NCBI GenBank assembly: GCA_001643675.2
Contig: LSRY02000003.1
Location: 992,001-1,056,000 of the forward strand
Direction of reading: 5' to 3'
DNA: 64,000 nt
DNA from: Monocercomonoides exilis PA203
Taxonomy: Eukaryota > Protista > Preaxostyla
In this document: positions 23,701-36,972 of the stretch, piece by piece
Layout: the number at the start of each line of letters is the position of its first letter
Numbering within the stretch: position 1 is the first letter of the stretch
Translations under genes and position numbers: made by a program
Notes under the pieces: generated by a model
What the model was told of the DNA's origin: nothing
Seen by the model: only the letters and a program-made list of their open reading frames with translations
Databases searched by the model: none

Positions 23701-23833
23701 TTTTTCAGAGCAAGCAGAAAATGCGAATGGAATCGAAGAAAACAAAGAGAAAGATTCAGAAGCGTTGCCAAGTGATTCAAAGGAGGAGATCAATGAAGAG
23801 GAAGCAATGAAAGAAGGAGAAATTCGAGCGTGA
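19371..23833 (+). CDS. PP2C/PPM-family protein phosphatase, multi-exon, with long Glu/Lys-rich C-terminal tail
   Basis: Motifs in order across GT-AG-bounded exons: MED, VFDGH (~19955), GTTASAVIV, FCANVGDS, RVNG, LRVTRSLGDF, VVMATDG|LWNV, DNIAVVV. The last exon (21740-23833) ends in an acidic low-complexity tail. The start codon and some splice sites are uncertain. Confidence 0.88.
20717..20741. repeat. (CA)n microsatellite in a PP2C intron
   Basis: cacacacacacacacacacacaca. Confidence 0.85.
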
Positions 23834-24730
23834 GCAAAGAAATGTTTTTTATTTCACAAAAATACGACAAATCATACCAGATTACTCTTTGCTTCACTTT
23901 TCTGAATACAATTTTTATTATGAAAAAAAATAAAAATTTTCTCAGAAATTGAGAAATATTTGATGTTTTTCTTAAAGTTACAAATCAAATCAATTGAAAT
24001 AGAAAATGTATGAAATTTGAAAATTATATGAGCATGCACTTTGATCATTAATGAAGATGGCAGAATCCAAAAAAAAAAAAAAAAAAAGTACCTGAATTTG
24101 TAATTTTTGTTTTTAAATTTCTGTTTAATATGAGTAAATTTCTAAATGGGGAGGAGAGAGAGAGAGAATGTTGAATAAAGTTCATTAATAATTATTGAGT
24201 ATTTTTGAAATTAATCTGTTCTTCAAATGTTCATAAAATTTTATAAGAAACTGTTCGATTATTCTTCTCAGCACACAACATCTTATTAATTTTCTTCAAT
24301 ATCTAATGATATGATTCTTTTCGAATGACATTAACATCAGAAAAAATGCAAGAGTTTTTGTTATATTTATGAAAAGCTTGGGAAAAGGTTTCATTTCACA
24401 AGCCTCATTGAAAGCCAAATCACAAAAATATATTTTCTTACATAATGCATGTGTGAAACGTTCTTTAATAATAAGGAACGAAATGTTTCACTCAAAGAAT
24501 ATTGTTCCACTAGTTTATTCTCTAAATTTTCTCAAAAATTTTTTTGTTATTCTAAAATTTAAATGCATGAGGTTATTGGAATTGAAATGATACAACTGAG
24601 GAAAAGTTTTGAACAACACATTGTTTTACTTTCATAAATGGGGAAAAACATGTCACTTCAGGAATTTTGATTTAACCTCTGTGACATGACAAGAGAAAAT
24701 TGAAACAATGACAAAATGACTGACACGATA

Positions 24731-25106
24731 CAGATATCGCATAAAATACCGGACATCGCACAAAATACCGGACAAGATCGATATCTCAATAACAGCAAGA
24801 AGAAAAATTCTGTTAAATTTCCTCAAAATATACCTCATTAATACAAACTCACATGACATGCAAGACTTTCAGGACAGCTTCGCTTGAGCTCAGAAAAAAT
24901 AAATATCGAAATTTCGGAGAAATAGGATTTTGATTCTCTCCGAGATTTAAAAAATTATTTTTTCTGAGCTCAAGCGAAGCTGTCCTGAAAGTCTTGCATG
25001 TCATGTGAGTTTGTATTAATGAGGTATATTTTGAGGAAATTTAACAGAATTTTTCTTCTTGCTGTTATTGAGATATCGATCTTGTCCGGTATTTTATGCT
25101 TATCTG
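24731..25106. mobile_element. Foldback MITE (Tc1/mariner-type ends), copy 2
   Basis: TA|CAGATA...TATCTG|TA. Near-perfect arms of ~135 bp around a central spacer (cggagaaataggatt...tctccg) that is shared with copy 1. Confidence 0.88.
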
Positions 25107-25687
25107 TATTAATGATTTGTCAAAAAGGGTTTTTAATGACGATTTCATAATTCTTAATTACATAAATCATTAATTTGAAATTCAATATATAACAATTCTC
25201 ATTATATTGAGAAAATGTGTCATTATTTTTCATATCGTAACTTTGTTCGAAGAAAGATCTTTTTTTTCATAATAGTGGTATGAGCAATAAAAAAGCTCAA
25301 ATATGAGTAAATAAGTGCGGTGTGAAAGAACTGTGTTCAAATTACAAAAAAATAAGTGAGTTTGAGAAAATCACAAAAATGCCATTATTATATTTATTTT
25401 TAAGATATTTTTAATATTTTAATTATTTGATATCCCAGCACCCAACAAGTTTAATTATTGTTTGCAGATAGTTGAAATTTGAGTATGATTTAATTACATA
25501 ACTTTTTTAAATGATTCGTATGAACTATCACTGAAAAGAAACGGTTTATTGATTTATAAAATATGATTCGAAATTACAAAGTTTTTTATTTTGGAAGTTG
25601 TTTCTTTGAAGAATTTATTATATTTTTGTTTGATTAATATTATAATTTTTGTAATTTGAGAATTTTAAACAAATTTTAAAACATATA

Positions 25688-28010
25688 CCATCGGTGGAAA
25701 ATGCGGTCACTGGTGGAAAATCCGGTAGTTGGCAGAATCGAATTGTTGAACATTTTAACATTAAAAATTCATTTGCTCTCGCACTGAACAATTTGGATTT
25801 TGTTTTTTTTGAGAGTTAGAGTTAAACTTGGTTGAATTAAATTAAAAAAAAAACATTATTCATTCACAACTTCATTATTTTTCTTTGAAATGAAATGAGA
25901 TAATGATGAATTAGGCGCTGAGTTTCAAAAAACGAAAACTGGCAACCATATTTATGTGCAGCAAAAAATGATCCTTCTTTTTTTTTCAGTTGTGATTTTC
26001 TGAATAGAGTTCGTCATCTATTTTTCTCCTTTTGCATGAACGAAGCTGTGTAGTGTTCTCAATGCTTTTTGTCTCTTTCCTATCATAAATATAACTAATT
26101 TCCTTTCCATACAAATAATCATCATCTATTCTTTCTCTTCTCAATCTAATTTTCTTTTTCTTAACGTCAACTAATTTCTTCAATATACTTTGTTTATTTT
26201 CCTTTTCTTTACTAATTTCGATTTTTTCTTCCTTCTTTTCTTTCGGCTCCTTTTCAATTGTCTTTTTTTCTTCGCTTTTTTCTTTTAGTTGACGTTTTTC
26301 CTTTGGAGAAAAATCTCCAAATAAATCCTTCTTCATATCATTTGAAATATATTTTGATGAGAACTTTTGAGAAGATGAAAGCGGACCACATATCCTTGAC
26401 AGCACAGGAGCGGCGCACACCGGATAAACTCCTGAATTCGAAAATGAAGATCTTTTGACCGAAGGAGTTGTTGCCGCTGTTAAAGCTTCTGGCAAAGCAT
26501 CTGCCAAAGCTTTTCTATATGAAGAGGTTGAAAATTGAGTTGGCCTTGCAAAAGAGTTTTGAAGAACTTGTTTGAACCTTGCAAACACACGGTTATCGCA
26601 AGGTTGCAAAAGGTGAGTCATGTTAGAAGGGAAAAATTCAACGATGAAATTTCTTTGTTCAGCAAACGCAATCACTTCTGAATCGAAGTGAGTTCGGTGA
26701 TTATCCAATAAAAGAAGAGCTTTTTTCGAAGATGAGAGTTTTAGTTTATTTGCAATTAATGGAAGCCATTTCTTTGTCATTATCCTTCGAAACAATTCAG
26801 CAGATATCCATCCAGATGAAGACCCCTCATAAGATACATTGAATGAATAAAAATTAGAGAATTCCTGTGGAATTTTTTTCGAGGGTATATTAGTATATGA
26901 GGAAGATGTGAGCAGTCTGCGCAAATGCACACACAAATAGTTGCATTTTCCATTTTTGGCAATGAAGATGGGGAAGGAGGTGATTGGTTTTTCAGGCAGA
27001 CTACCAGTTTTTCTGTTCCATCACCTACACGAAACGAAGATTCGTCAAAATTGTAAATATCAGTCTCATTAATTCTATTGGCTGTGATGATGGAGGACAA
27101 CTTTTTGAACCACGAATGCATTGCTTCTGGAGATTGTGCGTTAATTTTTGCAATTTCCATCGGCCTGGAAATTGAAGTCCTTAAAATTGAACAACTTTAA
27201 ATCAAATCATACGCATATTTGGAATTGACCTTATTTCATATTTCTTCGCATTCGCAATCTGAATTCACAATGTCTTGTATCTATAATATATAAAAATATA
27301 AAACAAAATAATCTAATTCTTCAGACCATTGCTTGAATATCCTTTAGTCGGATTATTTTTTTTTCGGATAAAAGTGCAATAACCTGATTTTCAACAGTTT
27401 CCAATTGTTTTTTTGTAATAATTGTAGGTCTGCCGACTTTGCCAACTTGCCGTTTTGCTTTCAAAGCAGCCATTCCTCTTTCCCATGCTCCATTCGAAAT
27501 AGCTTTGGATCCTACAGCAGTTTTCCACGTGACAGCATATTTCTTTTTGATTTCAAAGACTTTTTGGGAAGGAGAAGAAAGATTTCGGTAATCTGATGCT
27601 GCCATAAGCCTGTGAAGTTCTTTGGAAGATATTTTTTTGTAATTTCCATTATTATTCATTTGATCAAAAATTGAATTAATTATATAAATAAGAATTTTAA
27701 TGAAAGAAAGCCAATTTTTAACAATCAAGAATTAATATATGTGAAAAAATAGTCATTTGCTTTAATTTTCACATAAGAAGAAAATTCATTACTTTTATTT
27801 AATCAACAAAAGTTAGTTTTTATTTCTTCGGAACTTGGAAGTTTTTTCGATGATTGCAGTAACAATCTTTCAAGCTGTGCAGGGGTTGAGCTTTTGAAAG
27901 ACGTTTCGTTCATTATCTTAAAAATAGTCAACTTATTTTCTGTTCTTTTTGGTTTTCAGATAACTTGGACTACCGGATTTTCCACCAGTTACCGCATTTT
28001 CCACCGATGG
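25688..28010 (-). mobile_element. pogo/Tigger-like (DDE_1) DNA transposon
   Basis: ~42-bp TIRs CCATCGGTGGAAAATGCGGT(C/A)ACTGGTGGAAAATCCGGTAGT with TA on both sides; transposase gene inside. Confidence 0.92.
25986..27659 (-). pseudogene. pogo-family DDE_1 transposase, frameshifted
   Basis: Motifs GRPT, IYNFDES, SSGWIS, LLLLDNHRTH, FPSNMTHLLQPCD. Probable intron ~27281-27325 and a frameshift near 26880. Confidence 0.87.
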
Positions 28011-28199
28011 TAAATATAATTCGAAATATAAATGAATAAATAGACTTTCAAAAGGAAATGACGAATTGTTTGATAAGATAATAAGATATCAAAGAAATTC
28101 TGTGAAAAAATAAAACATGAGGTTAAAATTTGCTTTTTCATTTTAAAAGTTTTTTTTATTTATATTGTTTTTTTTTTTATATAAGGATCTTTTTGTGAA

Positions 28200-31100
28200 T
28201 GTTCAACGTTGATTCGCATATAGAAACAAAAAAATGACGTTTGAGAAGAGCCTGATAAGATGGCAGAAGATATTAAATGAAGAACAAATGGAGAATGAAC
28301 AGACGCAAAAATTGAAACAAATGGATTAGATAATATTTGAGAGATGAAAATGGTATTTTGAAAGAAGGAGGAGAAGTTACAGAAGAGAGAGCGGAATATT
28401 GAAGAAATGGACGAAAAAGAAATCTGACAAACTTTCGATAAAAAAAGAAATTTGATGAGGAAGACGTTTGTAATAGGCAATTCGATGAATTAGATGTCAG
28501 CATAACATTAATCCCCTTTTCATTGTTTGCTTTTCTTTTATCTTTTGTTCTGTTGAAACACTTTATGTCTTCTGTTTTGATAGTTCTCTCATCAATATCC
28601 AACGCCAATCGAAACAACTTCGTCTTTCAGAAAGAAGAAGGACAATGCGTCCCAAGTGATTGCGCCAGATGTTGAAGAAGATGAAGAAGAAGAAGATACC
28701 GTTGAGCTTAATGTATTAGAAGACAATGATCTGACAGTAGGAGCAGAAGAAGATGAGATGTCTAACCTGGAGAACTGAAGAGGAGAGGAAGGAATGGCAT
28801 TAGATGAGGGTGGATAACCAAAAGAGGAAGAGGAGTAGGAAGAAGAGAAAGAAAAAGAAAAAAAGATGATAAGGAAGAAAAGGAAGAGGAAGAAGAGGGA
28901 AAAGAGGAGAAAGAAGAAGTGGAGTTGCTATTTGTGATTAAGACTACTGTGGATGCAGCGATGATGTGGATTGGAAGAGAAAGCAGAAGAATAATAAGAA
29001 TGATAAGAAGAAGAGGAAAAAGTGTTATTTCTAAAACCATGATAATTATTTTTATTCTTATAAGCAATTGTTTGAGAGCGAAGATGTTTGCTTCTGGATG
29101 AAGAGGCATTATTCATTTGGTTCAATTGTGTGTAAAAAAAAAATCCAATTGTTAAACTGATGTTGCATCAGCTGTTTGAGATCGTGTGTGGTGAGGAGAA
29201 GGAAACTGGGTGGCTATATCGAAAGAGGGGGAGTTAGGAGTAGGATGAGTGGAGGTTGAGGTGAAGGCGGAGGAGGGAGAAGGATTAGATAAAATTGAAG
29301 AAGAAGAGGAGGATGAGGAGGAGGAGGAAGAAGAAAATGATGATGATGAAAAGGAATTGAAAGAAAAAGAGAATGACGTTTTATTGAAAATTGATCATAA
29401 AGTGGTAAAATCTGCACAAAAGAGGAAACATGAAGAGGAAAAGCACAAAATTATCTATTTCAGTTCAAGGCGATGGTGATAACAAATCAGAATATAGCTT
29501 TGGATCAGCGAAAAACAAAAAATGATTAAAGCAGCATCAACAACGAAAACATCAAAAGAATGAAGACGATGAAGCAGAAGTTGAGCAGACAACCATCGTC
29601 ATTCATCCCAAGTTTGTCTCACATAAGCTTTCATTTCGTTTTTTTACTCGTATCTCTGGATTCCACATTTTTCCCCTCCTCTTCTAACTGTTTTCTAATC
29701 TGTTCAATCTGGGCGATGCTCTTCTGGCACAGAAAATGGATTTTGTGAAGCCAACGGAACTCATCCTCCTCTTCAGCCATGCTGCTCATGCTTCCATCCT
29801 CTTTCAATTACTCTCTTCACTCAGTCACGCTATGCCCACTCTGCTGCAGAGAACAGAATCATCATTGATGGAAGAAGAAGAGGAGGAGAGGAGAGAGGAA
29901 GGTTTTTTCAAAAAATCAGGAAAAGGAGATGCTTATAAAGAAGATTCTTCAACAATTAGAAGCATTGAACAAAGACCTATAGCGAATGAAAAACTTGTCA
30001 GTTTCTGAAATGATGGAATTACTGACAAAACTTGAGAATTCTCTTCTTTCTCAGCTTTCTGAAGGCTCATCATTCATCTACATGCTTTCTCCAACAGCTG
30101 CTCGTTCATGTTTCCACTCTCTTCTTGTTATTCTTGTGTGAATTCGTAGTGCTTCACTTTTTCTTTCGCCTTCGCTCAGAAGGATGAGCTACGATAACAC
30201 AGCTCTTCTTGCTCTGCTCTACACACTCGTATTGACTGAGTGGAGGACGCTGCCGCTTCAACTTTCTATATCACAGAAGATAAGAGAAATCATGAAGAAG
30301 CACAAGAAGCTGTGGAAATCAAGTTATGGAATAGAGAAAGAGGAAAGAAGAAGCGAAGAACCAGACTATTAAAAAAAGAAATGACAGAAAAAGGCAACAA
30401 GGCGGTGGAAACAGCTTGCGAAGAAAACAACGGAAAACAATCTGTATCTCTTTTCTCCAAACCCACAACGCGTCATTCACACTCAGACCCAATCAGAAGC
30501 TAAAGCAACAATACCTTCTCGCTCTCTCCGTCTTTCCCCGCACTCAGCCATTAAATTGCACCTTATCAACCACATCCTCCCAAACTGAGCTATCCTCCTA
30601 ATGCCATTCAACATCCTTATTTTCATATCCAATTGCAATTTCAAACACAAACTCTTTATCCATTCTCCTTCTCTGCAACATCTGCCTACCAGCATGAATA
30701 TTAATATCAGTATCAATAGCCATCTTATCCCTCCTCTTCCTGTTCGATTCTCTATCCTCCTGCACACACCTTCTCTCTTGCAATCCAATTCGTCCTGTCG
30801 CCTTCAACTTCTCATTCCTCTTCTTCCTCTTTTTCCTCTTTTTCTTTTCATTTCTCTCCTCATCATTATTTGCCACTTCTGATTGATTCCTGAATACTTT
30901 TTTGCTTCTCTCTTCGATTTTTCACATAATGTGTCTGTGCCTGTTGTGATTATTATCATGCAAAACTTCAATTCCCGCTCGCCTACTGCAGAAAAACTTT
31001 CTTTTCCTTCTCTCTCTCTCTTCATCTTCTTCTCTTTGTTTTTCCCAAGCTTTTCTTTCTCTCTCTCTTTCTTGTAATGGTTTTGATTTATTATTTTAAA
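28200..31100. pseudogene. Decayed host-gene-like fragments (acidic/low-complexity) carried inside element A
   Basis: Coding-like Glu/Lys-rich stretches with many stops; no intact ORF. Confidence 0.4.
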
Positions 31101-33516
31101 TTAATTGTTTATTTTGAAATGCATTTTTTCTTGGATATATTTTTTAAAATCAGCGTTTGACAGAATATTGAAATGAACTTATTTCTTATCAATGTGAATA
31201 TTAGATGTTATTTGTTCATTTATTAATTTTTCATGATTTATTCAATGATCGCTTTTATATTTTGATTAAAATATGTTGAAATACACAAATATGATAAATA
31301 CGAAAAAGATGGCTGTTATTGGTGGTATTTTCTGTTTTATATTGTTGAAGAAATCAACAGAAATATACTCACTGCTTGGAATAAAAATATTAGAAAATAC
31401 AATTGAATAATAACAAAACAGTATGACACAACGTTGCAGTCTTCGCACCCTTCATTAATCATATTTTTAATTAAATAAATCGACAATATTCACAAATTAT
31501 TTCCTTATTCGTTTTCCTTTCTTCTTTTCATCTTTTCAAATAAATGAAATTTTACTTTGTTCATTCAACCCTCTTGTTTCATAAATCAAATAAAAACAAA
31601 TGCTAATCAAGCAAAAATATAATAAATTCTTCAAAGAAACAACTTCCAAAATAAAAAACTTTGTAATTTCGAATCATATTTTATAAATCAATAAACCGTT
31701 TCTTTTCAGTGATAGTTCATACGAATCATTTAAAAAAGTTATGTAATTAAATCATACTCAAATTTCAACTATCTGCAAACAATAATTAAACTTGTTGGGT
31801 GCTGGGATATCAAATAATTAAAATATTAAAAATATCTTAAAAATAAATATAATAATGGCATTTTTGTGATTTTCTCAAACTCACTTATTTTTTTGTAATT
31901 TGAACACAGTTCTTTCACACCGCACTTATTTACTCATATTTGAGCTTTTTTATTGCTCATACCACTATTATGAAAAAAAAGATCTTTCTTCGAACAAAGT
32001 TACGATATGAAAAATAATAGATGGTATTGGAATAAGAAAAATTTATTGAAATAAAAATAATAATTCAAATAACCGAAGTATATTCTAAGCCAATGCGACA
32101 GACCGACATTTTTTAAACAACTCGACAACAAGACCGACAATTTTGTCGAGTTTAATTTTTTTATTATTAAAAAGATTTTTTCATTTTATTTTTATTTTTT
32201 GTTAATGAAAAACGAAACAAAATCTTTTTATAAATATTTTTATCGACAAAAATATAAATAATTCAAAATGGAAATGATAAATCAAATATTTTTCTTTTTT
32301 TTATTAAAAATTCTTATAATAAAAATGGGTTATCGGTAGATCTTTGTCGAGATCAGTCGAACGACAAAGATCAGTCGTTTGACAAAGATCAGTCGAGTTG
32401 TAAGATATAAATGTGAATAAATGATTTTTTAACAATTGTTTATTATTTTTTATTTTGAGACTTTCACTCATTTGAAGATTTCACTTTTTTCTCATTTTTG
32501 AATCATTCTGGCTTTGATTTCTTGTTTAGAAGTTCAATGATTTGGTTTAATTTTATTTCAAATGTTGCATTGTTCAAACAAGATTTTTTCATCAATAATT
32601 TTAAAAAGGAAATGGAGTTTTGCATATTTCAAACAATTCTCTTTTATCTTTTTGGTTTTGATTTTTAATACAAATTTGATCATCGTTTCAAAAATGACAT
32701 TTGATTGTTGTAGTTATTCTATGAAATGATAAAGTGGTTATTTGGAGACTATTATTGTTTCTAATAAGTGTAAAAAAATTCTTTTGTTCAAAGTTAAAAT
32801 TTGCACAAAAATATATGATGAGTTTCTTTTTCTATAACATGAAACTGTGATAACATATAAGTGAAGGAATATTATTTTCTAAACAAAATAAGTGAATGAA
32901 ACGAAGTTCAGAAAATTTCGTATTATCCAGAGAATGAAATGTTGCTCTATTAGAGTGACTTCGTGAGATGGCATGAATATTAGGAAACCACAATGATGAA
33001 GAAGGATCAGATGGAGCTTCATGCGAAGCCGAAGAGAACAGTAGAAAAGAAAATGGCTGAAATGTAAAAATAGTCTGATGGAGTGAAGAACATCCCATTT
33101 ATCGGAAAGAAATTGTTTGAAAGAAGAGAGAAGGCAAAAGAGGGAAGAATGAGAATGAGAAGAAGAGGAAGAAGAAATAAAAGATTTGTATAAAAATCAT
33201 GTGATGAAGAGGAGGAGAAGAAGGAGAAGGAGGAGGAGAAGAAGATAGTGACGAAGAAATTTGACAAGAAAATGGTAATAAAGTTTAGGAAGATGTGTGA
33301 AATAGAAAAGAAGATTATCATTGAATGAAATTCACCACAAAATCAAATTATTTCTGAAAAAATTCAAAAATATTAAATCGCTAAATAAAAGTCACTCAAA
33401 AAGTGCAATGAAACAACAATTACATAACAAAGTTCTTTTCTTTCTCCTTCTCTCCTTCTCTCCTTCTCTCTCTTTCTCAAAAAAACAAAAATAAATAAAA
33501 AATTTAATCATTTCTA

Positions 33517-35050
33517 TCAAACCTGTCTTTCTCTCTTAACTCCATCAATTGTAAACTCCCATCTTCCTTTTGTCCTTTCCTTCTCTTCCACCCTCTCGTT
33601 GTACTTCAAATCTCTCAACAGCATCTCAGCATCTGCAATTGGATCCTTCGAATGAAGCTGCTTGCTCAGCGTGGCGATTGCTTCGGGTGAAAAATCCTGA
33701 AAGGGAAGAATGAGGGAAGGGAAGAAAAGGGAAGTGAAGAGAATCGAATGGAATGGTTGATATTTCATTTATACACATAGAAAGAAAAAATTAAAGAAAG
33801 AAAGATGATCATAATAATATTAAATAATAAAAATAAATGACATCATTTAAAATTGCAACATATATATAAAAGAATAATCACAAATAAATATCAATTCTAT
33901 GATTTCAATAAACAGAATTAACACAACCTTCAGCTTGTCAACATTCCAAGCAGCTAACGCTCTCAGCATCTTTGAATTCATCAGCATCGTTGCTGTCTGC
34001 ACAATCGGATCATTCTCATCCATACTCACACTCACATCTCCATTTCTATTGATTTCACTTCCTTCTCCTCCTTCTCTTTCTCCTTCTCCTCTTCCTTCTC
34101 TTCCATATACATTCCTCGATGTCATCCCTCTCTCTTTCGCCTGTCTCACAGCAGAAAGAGGTGGAAGCACCATTCTTCTGCTTCTTCCGCCTCCGCCAGC
34201 AGATGAAGCTCTCATTTGAGAAGAAGAAGAAAAAGAAGAAGCATCAGAAAATGGACAGAAATTGGCATTGGTGTTTTTCAGTCTGTCTGTTGCTTCACAC
34301 ACAATCACATCTGAATCATCAGAAGCAAACGGATTGGTGAAGCGAGGAGTAAATTGGGGTTGATTTTGGCTCGAATTTTGTGTTTGTGTTTGGTCTTGGA
34401 AGAGAGGGAAGTCTCGGCCAACAGGACGGCCTGGAGTGAATGTGGAAGAAGAAGAAGAGAAGGAGGAGGAAGAAGGAGAAGAAGGTCGACGAAGATCGGG
34501 AAGTTGTTGTCTTGATGCTGATGATGGACGTTGTGATTCTTCTTTAATGAAATGTTAATGTGATGTTGATATGGATAAATAAATAAAGAAGAAGAAGAAA
34601 GAAGGAAATAAATAAATCAATAAATCAATAAATCAATAAATCAATAAATCAATAATAAAAAGTAGTAAATTAATCAATTCTATTTAAAAACATACAACGT
34701 TATGTTCCATCGACACTTTGTGCGAGTGGGAGCAGGCGAGCGGTGCGTGCGGGAGAAATACCGCAGAAGAGAGAAGCAGGAGGAGTGGAGAGGAGCCTGG
34801 CAGTGGAGAAAGGAGACATCGGAGTGAGCTGGGAAGAGCGGGAGGTGATTGGATGAAGGGAGGAGGAGGAGGGGGTTGGGTTGGATAAGGTGACTGAGAA
34901 GAGGTGAAGGAAGGATATGAGAGCAGGAGGAGGAGGAAAAAGAGAAAGTTAAGGCACTTGCGATATGAAAGATGGAGTTGTGGAGTGTAATGTGAGGTGC
35001 TGTGATGAAGTTGTATGAAATGAAAATTGAGTGCCAATGGAAGATGGCTG
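33517..35050 (-). pseudogene. Intron-containing host gene fragment carried as hAT cargo
   Basis: Exon-like blocks (ORFs 33847-34308 and 33517-33768, the latter ending ...GRWEFTIDGVKRERQV*) separated by AT-rich intron-like stretches; upstream part degraded. Confidence 0.5.
34614..34655. repeat. (AATCAATA)n tandem repeat
   Basis: About five 8-bp units. Confidence 0.7.
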
Positions 35051-35346
35051 TGTAGAAGCGGGCTTAATCAAATGAACTGGTCAAATAAAAGAGGAAGAGG
35101 AGGAAGAAGAAGAATAGAAAAATATTGATGCATGAGTTATTTTTCTTCGAGCTTATTTAATATCAACGTTAAAATTATCGCTATTTATCAATTCCACATC
35201 AACAGCAAATATATCACAAAAATCTTCCATTCAAAACCATTGAATTTATCACAAAACAACATTCAAATTGATTCCTTTCATATATCTTCTCCAGTTTTTT
35301 CACAATTTTCTCATTTGTTTTCAAAACACAAAACATATTATTATTT

Positions 35347-35593
35347 GAGATATGGTATATCAGCTATAGATCCATCTCGATTAGGTCAATCAATATTATC
35401 GATTTATGAATATCTGGTGGGTGTTATCATCTTGTATATTAAGTTGAATAGGAAATGATAATAAGATAGAGATCGGGGGTTTAGACTGGTACTCTTAGGG
35501 GTTTATCATGATTAGATTTTCAGTGATGTTCTATAAAGAAGGGGTATTGATTGGTGTAATCGATATGTATCTATAGCTGATATACCATATCTC
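35347..35593. repeat. Terminal imperfect palindrome/hairpin (~247 nt), mirrored at 40391-40637
   Basis: GAGATATGGTATATCAGCTATAGAT (35347-35371) pairs perfectly with 35569-35593; pairing continues inward with mismatches. Confidence 0.85.
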
Positions 35594-35814
35594 CTAGGAG
35601 GAGAATTAGCTAAAACATTAACCGAAAGTGTTCAAGTTGGTAAATTAATGGTGAAATTGTGTGAAAATTGATACTATCGTTGATGAAATACATGAGTTTG
35701 TAATAACAGGTATATGTGTTGAATGTGTTTGTTGATCGTTGATGAAATCGTTGGTGTGATCATGAGTGAAATCGTAAATAAAAATAATTGATTTTGTTTT
35801 TTGTTTTATAGCAA

Positions 35815-36066
35815 ATGGGTCGGAAGAAGATATACGCAACTGTGGAAGAAGCTAAAGAGGCTCAACAGAAACAAATTAAACAGTTTCAGGAAAAACGAAA
35901 AGAAGAAACTAAGTATTACAACGAACATGTATCTGAGAAACAGAAGAAGTTGATTAAGATATTGAGGAGAAAGCTTATCGAAAGAGATGAGTTGTTAGAT
36001 GAGTTGATGGAAAAAGTTAATGGTTATTTGCATGCACAGGGTGGACAGGTTAAGCTGGTCAGGTAA
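35815..36066 (+). CDS. Small basic coiled-coil protein (83 aa), putative DNA-binding; encoded in the left TIR
   Basis: Intact ORF MGRKKIYATVEEAKEAQ... with a GRKK/GRPK-x-Y-x-T-x-EE-type N-terminus, preceded by TTTTATAGCAAATG. Confidence 0.65.
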   Translation: MGRKKIYATVEEAKEAQQKQIKQFQEKRKEETKYYNEHVSEKQKKLIKILRRKLIERDELLDELMEKVNGYLHAQGGQVKLVR

Positions 36067-36972
36067 TGAGCAAATTGATGAAATATAACAGACCACACTC
36101 GTTCGTTGTACCGTTAGTTGAATCGCAACGAACGCAGACGAAGTCTGCTTGAGGTGCTATGCACCGAAGTTGCTCAAGGAGACTTTGTCTCCGTATCAAA
36201 CAGTAGTCACGATGACATTGTGGTGGATTGCCAACATCAATATTTTTTGAACAAATGGCAGTATGGTGGATTGCCACATTGATGTTTTTCACTTGATTTG
36301 GGTGTTGTTTTGGTGTATTTACTCGGAAAAAGTGTAAATCGGTGTCCAGGATACCAAATTGTGGCAATATCTGAGACTCAGCGGAAGGGAAATATTGACT
36401 AAAATCTCCGTGCTGGAAGCGTGTCCAGGTGTCCAGGTGTCCATGATCTCCAGATTTCATCTGAAAAGAGCTGCCAACATGCCATTTCTGCCAACATGGG
36501 CATTTTACCCCAAATTTGCTATAATTTTGAGTGTTTTTATTTATTTTCGATAATGTTGTCATCTTGCCACATTGCTACATGGAATCGTTGATGTTACACA
36601 TTATTTATATTGTTAGTGGCACACATTAGTTATATCGTCCGTGACACACATCAGTTGCATCGTCGGTTGTTAAGAACAGTTATCACACTGCACCGGGTTG
36701 ACAGTGCAGGTAATGTGAGTGATCTGTGGCTGGGAAATATTGGGTTAAATCTCCGAGCTTGTCACCTGGACTGGGTGGACCGGGTCAAATATATTCTAGA
36801 AATTATGTGGGCAAACAAGCAAACTGAGCAAATTGGGAAAAATACATTTAATGTGAAAATTAACTGTTTTCCGTCAAAGTTCGACATTAACCTCAACATC
36901 ATCTTCCCCGTTATTTCACGTTTCAAAAATAAATCTGTTTCAAAAAAAAATTGTTTTTTTTATTTTTATAAA

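Noticed and set aside
22773-23780. Phe/Leu-rich minus-strand ORFs resembling membrane proteins
   Set aside because: Antisense of the GAA/AAA-rich PP2C tail.
32330-32400. Short GATCAGTCG repeats resembling a CRISPR-like array (also 55790-55862, 57970-58050)
   Set aside because: Eukaryotic context, no unique spacers and no cas genes; these are hAT subterminal repeats.
36059-36562. 167-aa ORF duplicated in both TIRs (also 39422-39925)
   Set aside because: No recognisable motif. It overlaps the repeated non-coding motifs, and its duplication is just a consequence of the TIR.
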